Below are positions 30,801 through 39,600 of a DNA stretch of 64,000 nucleotides, in pieces. The stretch lies in assembly GCA_002070215.1 (NCBI GenBank), contig MWCV01000009.1:21778-85777 (forward strand). The letters run 5' to 3'. The stretch is from Chloroflexi bacterium ADurb.Bin180 (GTDB lineage: Bacteria > Chloroflexota > Anaerolineae > UBA2200). The notes below the pieces were generated by a model. The model did not search any database, was not told the DNA's origin, and saw only the letters and a list, made by a program, of their open reading frames with translations. The first letter of the stretch is position 1. Every line of letters starts with the position of its first letter. Both the position numbers and the translations under genes were made by a program.

Positions 30801-31663
30801 AGGTCCACTGCTGCCTTGGCATACTGCGTCTGGCAGGGGCTGCCGTTGCAGCCCCAGTGGGCCCAGGCCTCGTTCTCCAGGTTGGCGCAGGAAACGACCC
30901 TGGCGCTGAGGCTGAAGGTGTACACTTGGCCTGGTGCCAGGGAGGCGTAGGAGGTGCTGGTGGTGCCGGCCACGAACTGCAAGCCTGAGCCGAGCGCGTC
31001 GGTGACCACCACGTTGGAAACGCGCCCGTATCCGGTGTTTTCGATGTACACCGTCCAGGTGACAATGTCGCCGAGGCCGGCCTTGATCACTGCCGGTTCC
31101 TTACGCAGGGTGATGGCGCCCGGCAGCACGTCAAAATCAAGACGCCGCACGAACAGGTCGTTCTGGGCGTCGGTGATGGTCACCTGGTTCTGGCCCGATG
31201 GCGCGGTGCAGGTAGCGTTGTAGCCAAAGCTGCGCGACGTCGACTGGCCCGGTGCCAGACTGGCCACCGTCGCCGTCCACGAGGTGGGCGTAAAGCCGGC
31301 CGGCATCGTGTCCGTGATCAGCACGCTGGTGGCGGTGATGGTATCGTTGTTGGTAATAAAGACGGTGTAGGTGACCCGGTCGCAGATCTCGACCTTGGTC
31401 GGACCTACCAGGGTGATGCGCAAGTCGATGTCGGGGGCTTGAGCGCCGGCATCGCCGTTCCTGGCCGGCGCCGTCGACGGCGCTGGCGGTTGATGCTGCG
31501 GGAGGAATGATGCCGGAGGTAGAAAGAGCGGGGCGCCGCTCTCTGGCGCGGCAACGGCCGGCTGAGAGAGCACCGTGCCGGCCAGCGCCACCAGACCCAG
31601 GAATGTGATGGCGGCGATGAAGAACAGCACAAAAGACCCACGAGACTCACCCTTGGTTCTCAT
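18869..31663 (-). CDS. giant secreted/surface adhesin-like protein (DUF11 repeats, Cna-B/SdrD-B-like domains, GEVED-motif domains, Pro/Thr linker, DNRLRE-like C-terminal domain)
   Basis: 4265 aa from the ATG at 31663, with a GAAGGGGG SD. It opens with a signal-peptide-like '[33 protein letters not shown]'. The ORF track extends it to 31750. DUF11-like blocks such as '[28 protein letters not shown]' recur. Cna-B-like blocks such as '[36 protein letters not shown]...[15 protein letters not shown]' recur, as does the 'NGEVEDYVL' motif. A PTPTPT linker lies at ~19560-19650. The C-terminus is '...[30 protein letters not shown]...'. Confidence 0.85.
   Translation of the reverse strand: [4264 protein letters not shown]
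20700..24150. repeat. four tandem ~860-bp (~290-aa) repeat units inside the giant gene, each encoding a GEVED-type domain plus a Cna-B-like domain
   Basis: The DWGDLPD-encoding string 'gggcaggtcgccccagtc' occurs at ~21555, ~22420, ~23280 and ~24140. Units 1 and 3 are near-identical at the nucleotide level. The 80-mer 'gtcacggtgatggtggcgctgcggccgggcacgagcggcgtggcaaagatcacgccgtcttcgtcgtcgggcacgccgtt' is exact at ~22195 and ~23915. Confidence 0.85.
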
Positions 31664-31809
31664 GAGACCCCCTTCGCACAACGGTTGTGTTACTGCCAGA
31701 CATACTGTACTCCGTTTGTCCGTTTTTGCCAAACTGGCCATTTCGCGCATTGGGGCGATCGGGTTATAATCTCGCCCAGTCTATCGGTGAAGGGAGGTGC
31801 ATCGCGTCG

Positions 31810-33342
31810 ATGTCACCGGGCAAAATCATCTCCAACTTTTCCCTCTCCAGCCTGGACGGCGACCCCGCCGACAAGACCGCCCTGCTCATCAATCCGCCGG
31901 TCTATGACACCCAGTACTGGGCGCGCTGGTCGCAGCCCTATGGCCTGCTGCGCATCGCCAGCCTGCTCCGCGACGCCGGCTACAAGCGCCGCGAGCTGTA
32001 CGACTTTATGGAAGTGGACCAGAAAGGCCACGTGCACCACCACCGCATCTCGGCCCACGAGTCCTACGCCGAAAAGAGCGAGCCCACCAAGCCGTGCACG
32101 CCCTGGCGCGTGGCCAAGGATGATGCCCGCATCGACTTCTGGAAGTGCCACTTTGGCCACCGGTGGGAGCATTTCGAGCAGTGGCTGGACGACCACGGTT
32201 ACACCGCCGATCACCCGCCCGACGAGATCTATATCTCGGCCATCATGACCTACTGGTGGGAGAGCGTGCGCGACCTGACCGCGCGCCTGCGCAGCCGCTT
32301 TGGCAAAAAGACGGTCATCATCGTCGGCGGCATCTATCCCACCCTCTGCCCGCAGCACTGCGCCGACTATACCTCGGCCGATGTGGTGGTGGCCGGCGAA
32401 GTGGCCGAGGCCAACGACCTCTGGCCCGACCTCTCGCTTTACGAGCGCAAACCCCAGTACGCCATCGTCACGCCGTCGCGCGGCTGCCCCTACAACTGCT
32501 CCTACTGCGCCCAGCGCACGATCAACGCCAGCCGGCGCAAGGTGGCCTACCGCCCGGCCAAGGACATCGTGGCCGAGATTCGCCACCAGATTGACGAGTA
32601 CGGCGTCAAGGACATTGCCTTCTACGCCGATTTCCTGCTGTGGGATTCCGAGAGCAACTTTGAGCAGGTGCTCAAACCGCTCATTGCCGACCAGACCCGC
32701 CACGTGCGCCTGCACGCCCCCGAGGGCCTCGACGTGCGCTATCTCAACCGCTCGCAAAAGCTGGTCGACCTGATGCGCGCGGCCCACTTTGCCAAGCTCT
32801 ACCTGCCGGTGGAGAACATTGACGAGACCTACCTGCGCACGATGAACCGCCGTCATGTGCGGTTGAAGGACTTTGTCGATGCGGTCAAGGCCTGCGAAAA
32901 GGCCGGCTTCAAGCTGCGCAACCTCGAGGTCAATGCTTTTGTGCTGTACGGCCTGCCCCGCGAGTCCATCGACGGTGTGGTCAAGACGGTGCTGTTCGTC
33001 TCCGAGGTGCTGGGCTCGATCATTCCCATGCTCTTTACGCCCGTGCCGACCACCGGCATCTATCAGGACTATGTGCCGTACTTTCGCACTCGCGGCTGGG
33101 ACAAAGAGCTGCAGATGCTCAACGGCAAGGTCTATCCCTTCCTGGAGCTGAACGAGGGCTCGCTGCCCGACTATATCGACCTGCAGCGGCTGATGTTCAT
33201 GCTCAACACGCACTATCGGGATGCGTCGTTCCGGCCCTTTGCCGACAGCCGGGTCAGCAATGCCTTTCGCAACAATCTAACCAACGCCTTCTACAAGTAC
33301 ATCACCACCGGGCTCATGGAGCCGGAGTACCTGGGCTCGTAA
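31810..33342 (+). CDS. B12-binding-domain radical SAM protein
   Basis: 510 aa from the ATG at 31810, with an AAGGGAGGTG SD ~10 nt upstream. The ORF track starts earlier at 31687. The radical-SAM cluster 'CPYNCSYC' (CxxxCxxC) is present. The N-terminus 'KTALLINPPVYDTQYWARWSQPYGLLRIASLLRDAGY' is typical of the B12-binding-like domain of class B rSAM enzymes. It is transcribed divergently from the giant gene across a 147-bp gap. Confidence 0.85.
   Translation: MSPGKIISNFSLSSLDGDPADKTALLINPPVYDTQYWARWSQPYGLLRIASLLRDAGYKRRELYDFMEVDQKGHVHHHRISAHESYAEKSEPTKPCTPWRVAKDDARIDFWKCHFGHRWEHFEQWLDDHGYTADHPPDEIYISAIMTYWWESVRDLTARLRSRFGKKTVIIVGGIYPTLCPQHCADYTSADVVVAGEVAEANDLWPDLSLYERKPQYAIVTPSRGCPYNCSYCAQRTINASRRKVAYRPAKDIVAEIRHQIDEYGVKDIAFYADFLLWDSESNFEQVLKPLIADQTRHVRLHAPEGLDVRYLNRSQKLVDLMRAAHFAKLYLPVENIDETYLRTMNRRHVRLKDFVDAVKACEKAGFKLRNLEVNAFVLYGLPRESIDGVVKTVLFVSEVLGSIIPMLFTPVPTTGIYQDYVPYFRTRGWDKELQMLNGKVYPFLELNEGSLPDYIDLQRLMFMLNTHYRDASFRPFADSRVSNAFRNNLTNAFYKYITTGLMEPEYLGS
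32951..33342. repeat. direct repeat, copy 1 (the functional 3' end of the radical SAM gene); copy 2 is at 40968..41358
   Basis: ~392 bp at ~96% identity to 40968-41358, with about 14 differences. Most differences are synonymous, for example cgggatgcg versus cgcgacgcg. Confidence 0.9.
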
Positions 33343-33681
33343 AGACTGTCAGCGTACCTTTACCGCGAACGTGCCTGACGGGGCGGTCAGTTCCTTGGGT
33401 GGCCGGTCCCGTGCGTCAGGAAAAGTCGGTCCCGGTTACACATTTCGCCAGGCTGTGGAGTCCGAGTAGAATTGGTACGGGCTCAGACGTGCGACCCAAC
33501 ACATTTCGGCGCTCCTGGGGGGACGTCGTTGTGGTAGGTCGCCCAGCGATTTTAGCAGCTTGATGGCTGTCGTGCGGCGCCAGCTAACGCCGGCGATGCG
33601 AATACCGTCTTGTCGTCTGTCTTCTTGTTGCGTACCGCAAAGGTGCGGAAGTGTCTTAACTAGCAACGCAAAGGAGCTACG

Positions 33682-36600
33682 ATGACCGATACCACACCCC
33701 GAGTCACCTTTGTGCAACTCCTCGAACGCGTCAAGTCAGGCAACCATCTGCCTGATTTTTGGGCGGGCATCGACGATACTCGCAAGCTCCACATGCTTGA
33801 AAAGGCCGGCTTCAAGGATGCTCCCTCCATGGTCAAGAAGCCGAAGCGCCGAGCCAACTACCTCAGAATTCACATGCCCGCACTCACGTTTATGTTGAGC
33901 AGTGAGGAGGTGGCGCGCGATGTCGTTTTGGCGTGGCTTGCTGCAAACTCAGACCTGGAGTCTCCTCAGCAAACTGAAGCCCTGGATGACGACAGCAGCG
34001 CTCATCTACTCACGGTAAGCGTGGATTCCTGGAAGGCGTCAGGGCAGTGGTGGAAGGTAGCTCTTGCGTTCTCCACAACCATGCTGCTGGGAGAGCCGGA
34101 TGACCATGCACGCCACCAGATCAGTCAGATGCTTGACCGTTTCGAGACTGGCTTCCCCGAACTGCTCGACACATTGCGTTCAGAGCACGCATCAGAATCC
34201 AAGAACGTGAGTTTGCATCCATCCCTGGACAGACTGATGCATGAGGCCGAGAGACTGTGGCAGCTTCTCGACCAGTTGCAGGCTCAGAGGGAATCGCCTG
34301 TTGCTCTGGCTAAGGTCCCTGGCATGAGCGAACTTCCCGCGTTGGTGGCGGCGGTGACGGAAGCATACAGCAGCGTTCAAGCCGACCTTGTCAGGACGTC
34401 GCAATCGGTCGAATTACCACGCGACGTCGTACCGCCTGCGCAGTGCTCGACTCTGGAGCAACTCCGATCCGCGTATCAGGCAGTGCAGGTTGCGCTGGCT
34501 GAAAGGGAACGCACCGATAGCCTGAGGCGGCTGGCGGAGGACCGCAACCGACTGGCTGATTCGCTCGAGCCGCTGACGCTCCTCGTGAGAAAAGACGGCC
34601 GGCCCATGGCCGAACTGGAATCCGTGCGGGCGCAAGCCAGGCAAATGGCAGACAGTCTCAGGGATGCCCCGTTGGTGCCGGGTTCCGAATCCACACCTGA
34701 ACTGACCACTGACAGCAGCAAGGCATTAGTCGTGTTGTTGAACCTGGTCTCCGGAAAGCTGGAGGACGCCGAAGACTCCGAGGTGGACCATGCTTTCCAG
34801 ACGGTTGCTGACGCGCTGGGTCGCCCGTTAGCCATGGCGGCCTTGCGCGGGCTCCTCGAAGTAGCGGCTGAGCCAAGCAAGGCCAACACCGCCGTTCCGG
34901 CCGCCGACACTGCAGATGAATCGCCAAAGCGTACGCCAACGGAGCAAGCCAAAGCACCGTCGCTGGAGCCATCGGAGGTGCCCGCCACTGCTGTCGCAGT
35001 CCCATCTGTGAAGGACGGCGAACCACCTAGCTCAGGCGGACTACCGACTCAAACGAGTCCTGCAGAATCAGCAAGTGCTCCCAACGAACCTCCGCCTATC
35101 ACGGCACCATCGGGCCCTAGCTCGAACACCCAGCCTCCGGCTGTCTCCCCTGCACCCCATACCGATGAGGGCCCGACCACAGCAGGTGAGGTCGATGCTC
35201 ACTTCTGGCAGATGGTGGAGACAGATCTCCCGGCTGCCTACTGGCTTTCGAGGGCATACGAAGCTATGGAAGAGACGGCGCCTGTTCCTTCGTGGCTGTT
35301 GGCCGCTCTTCAGGGCGCTCGATGGCTCCCCGACGCCCGAGATCATGTGGCCGATGACCTTGCCGAGCTGGCATTGGTGCATGAGGTTGGTCCCAACAAG
35401 GTGCATCGCCTGATGGCTACGGCAGCATCCTTGGTACCGGCTCTTGTCTCGCCCAACACAGGCATGAGTTCGTGGCTGCACGATGCCGGAGTCGATGCAA
35501 TCTACGAGCTTGTAGAGGCAGTTCGCGCATTCGCGGCCCACGGGTATGGGCTTCGCCACGAAGATCTCACCGGAGTGGTGAGTAAGGCACAGGTCAACGC
35601 GGAAATCTCCGATGTCGTGCTGCGTGCAAGGGCTTGGCTCCAGGACGCCCCCAAGCGTAGAATGCCGTACCACCGGGCGACCGAAGTCTGGCGCGTCTGG
35701 ACCAGCCAGACAGGGCCTTTGTACCAAGTCGTCGCCCAAGTGGCGACGAACGATGAATCCACCGTGGACAAAGCTTTGGAGGCCGTCAAGGAGTGGCGAC
35801 GGCGCCCGCTAACCGAACGAGTTCGCAGAGACGATCCCTACCGGAAGAGTCAGGGGAGCAAGCCGATCATCTCCTCCTCCCTGGTGAAGCTTGTGAACGA
35901 ATCGGAAGAAGCCATCGCCGTAGTGGAGGAGTGGGCTGAGCTCCAACGGAGATCACGTGATCTTGAGGAGAGGGGCGACTGGTTCCACGAGCAGGTCACT
36001 CTTCTTGTTGAGAGCGTCAAGGCCACTCTACCTGGATGCTTGGCTGGTCTGACATCGGCTCTGGCCAACGATGCTCCGGTCGGCGAATGCGTAGCGCTAG
36101 AGGAAGTTCTTGCTTCGGTCCATGAGGTCGCGGCCCTGCTCGCGCTCGGGCCCCAACCTTCAAGGCGTCTGCCAAGGCTCACGGGCCCACTCGCCCTCCC
36201 ATCCCCCGACCTGACCGGAGGCCTAGCGCGGGCCCTCCTGTGCTTTCCAGAGTTGCAGCTGGCTGACGATGGCCAACCAACTCCTGAGGCGATGAAGCCC
36301 TTGCTGCAGCTGCTGATCGACCCGGACCTCTCCACTGCGGACTTGCGCCTCCTGCTGCGACGGTGGTTCGAATCACAGGACTACAGGTTCATCGACCAGA
36401 TTCTAGAGGCTCTTGGTGATCAAGCTGACCTAGCAGATCTTCGGCGAACCGCACGCGAGGCCCAGCGCGGCTCCGAGGACATCGTGCTGGAGAGGTGGAA
36501 CCAGGTGTCTGGCAAGCTGGCCCAGGCCGTTGCCGACGAGGTCTTGACCCCGGAGGAGCGGTCTGAGTGTGATGGCGAACTCCAGGACGTCAGGGGAGCT

Positions 36601-39600
36601 ACTGGCAGGTACAACTACCGGGTCCTCCACCAACGGCTTTCTGCCCTGGAGAATCGCGTCGATAGGGCGCGGCAAGAGAGGCTGAACGCACAGCAGCAGG
36701 AATGGAAGTCCGTCGCGGAGAGGCTGCCTAGGTCTATCACTGACGCCGCCACCCGCACACTGATCATCTCTGCTGTTGATCAATCGCTCGAGCGGCGAGA
36801 CACAGTGGTTGTCGCCGACTTGATCGCCCATCTAAAGGCTTCTCTGGATGCCGGTCACCTGCCCGATACTTCCCTCTTCATGTCGACTCGGCCGACTGGG
36901 GATGCTTTCGCCGAGTTCGTGGCCGGCGTGCCGGAGTTGAGTGAGATGATCGGCACCAGAGGTTTGGCGAAACTTGCCAACGCAATTGCTGCTGCCGGCA
37001 AGGCTGAGCGGCGAATCGGTCCGCTTTCCTTCAACCTGCCAGCGCCTCGGCTCAAGGAGGCGCGTAGCGCCTTGCTGGCTTGGAGCGAGTTGACCAGTCT
37101 TCCCGTAGATGGGCTGGTGAACCCGACTCCACTTGCCGTCGTTCTGCGCTACCTTGGCTTTACCATCAGTGGGGAGTGTGGGGAGGTCGTCGAGCAGCGT
37201 GAGCACGACCGCGACTGGTCGCACTTGACCGTGAGGATGTCCGCTGCAGACCTTTCGCCGATTCCCGCCTTCGGCTCACTTCAGGACAACCGCTACAGCA
37301 TTGTCTGCCAGTGGGAGCGACCGTCAGCTGACGTCATTGGCAGCATGTTGCGCCACCTGAGGTTGATTGGCAAGAGCGTTGTCCTTCTCTACTTCGGACG
37401 CCTGACCGTTAACCAAAGGTGGCAACTGGCACAACAGGCCCGCAAAGAACGGCTTTCTATGGCTGTGCTTGATTCGAATCTCCTGCTTTACCTGTCGCAG
37501 GAAAGGGGCTCTCGGCTGCCTGTTTTTCTGCAGTGCTCCCTTCCCTTCGCGGTCGTCAATCCTTACGTGCCCACCGGCACCGTGCCGCGCGAGATGTTCT
37601 TCGGCCGCCAGGACATGATCCAGGCTATTCAGTCGCCTTCAGGACCTGCTATGGTCTTCGGCGGTCGACAGTTGGGCAAGTCCGCCCTGCTGCGGCGCGT
37701 TCAGAACGAGTACGATCGGCCTGAACGAGAGCAGTTTGCTTTGTACGAGGACATCAAGCTGATCGGTGATCCTACCAGCCGGCAGCCCTGTGAGGCGCTA
37801 TGGGTTAGGCTCGCGGACGGTCTGATCCGACATGGGGTACTCAAGTCACGGGGCGAGACTCCAGACAAGATACTCGCACAGATCAGAGATGCCATGGAGA
37901 ACCATCCTGGTCGGCGGGTGCTCGTACTCTTGGATGAAGCCGACATGTTCTTGAAATCCGACTCTGATCAGGGCTTCACCGTGGTCAGTGAGCTCAAGCG
38001 ACTGATGGACGACACTCAGCGACGCTTCAAGGTGGTGTTTGCTGGACTCCATAACGTGCAGCAGTATCAGGGTATTCCCAACCAGCCGCTTGCGCACCTG
38101 GATAGTCTGGTGGTGAATCCACTGGAGCCGCGAGCCGCACGTCAGCTGGTGGAGATCCCAATGAGAGCGCTCGGTTTTCGTTTCTCAGATCAGCAGGCAG
38201 TTCCACGGGTTTTGGCCTACACCAACTACCACCCTGGGCTGATTCAGCTCTTTTGTCACGCGTTGGTCGAGAGGCTCCTAAGGCGCCCAGCGAGTCCTGC
38301 CGCTGACTTGGAGGTCAGGCAGAGTGACGTGGAAGACGTCTACCGCTCAGAAGAGGTTCAGCGGGCGCTCCGCGAGCGCTTTGAATGGACCCTTGCTCTG
38401 GACGCCCGATACCAGTTGGTGGCGCTGGCTCTCGTACATGATCAAATGGCCGAACACGATGGCTACGGCCGCGCCTACAGCCTGTCCGATGTGCTCTCGA
38501 TTTGTCGTGGCTGGTGGCGTCAGGGCTTTGAGAAAGTTCGCCTTGACCAACTGCAAGGCGTGCTCGATGAGATGTGTGGCCTTGGGGTGCTAGTCCGGAA
38601 CACGATAGACCATACTTATCGGCTTCGAAGCCCCAACCTGGTGCGCCTCATGGGAAGCCCAGAAGACATCGAGAATGCGCTCCTTGCCCTCGGAGATCAA
38701 CAGCCTGCCATCGAGGGGGTCATTGGCGAGAGCCACCACGCGGCGCTCGATGATTGCGCCTCTATCTACAGTCCGTTCACCTACTCTCAGGCTCGAACGC
38801 TCAATGCCAAGCGATTCGGAGTCAGCCTGATGTTCGGATCGGAAGCCCTCGGACTGGCAGACGCGAAATTGGCGTCACAGCAGTTCGTTGCGCCCGAGGT
38901 GCTGGCCGACAAGGCCGGCCGCTGGGATGAGTTGAGCTTCCTGGCTCGGTCAGGGGAAGCCATGCGTCACGCACTGCAGAAGCTCTTGGCACAGTACCTG
39001 AATGTGCCGCGGCTGGTCGCCTACCGCGAAATGCACGGCACGAGCGAGCAACTGGCTGAGCAAGTGAACTCGGCGATCGAGTTCTGCACCAAACACGCCC
39101 GAAGCCAGAGGCAGTGGTTGCGGGTCCTTCTGGCGTTCGATCCGGCGGCGACATGGGAATGGCTGAGTGTTCCCGTGGCAAGAAGACAAGAGCTCGAACG
39201 CTCGGCAGATGCCCTGGTCTGGCTTCGGCGGTGGGACGAGGATGGCCTCAAGCAAATCACGGAACAGCATGGCAAGCGAGTCAATTCGCGTGTCCTGCAA
39301 AGGCTACTGCGCGAGACGGGCGGCTGGCCCTTGCTGCTACGACGTCTTGTCGCGGGGTGGTCTTCTGAGCTGGACGATCCTGAGGAGGGGCTCGAGCGGC
39401 TCTTGAGTGACCTACTTGAGCCAAGCGGCGCGCCACCCATTCAGTTCTGGAAGTCGCTCGGAGTAATGGAAGTCCCGCTTGCCGAGCAGGTGCTTCGTGC
39501 GATCGCCGTCCTGGGAGAACCCGTGGAGCCGGGTGATCTGCCGTCACTAATGGAGGGTCAGGTGGTCCCCTGCGAAGGGGAGTGCGCATCGCTATGTGAG

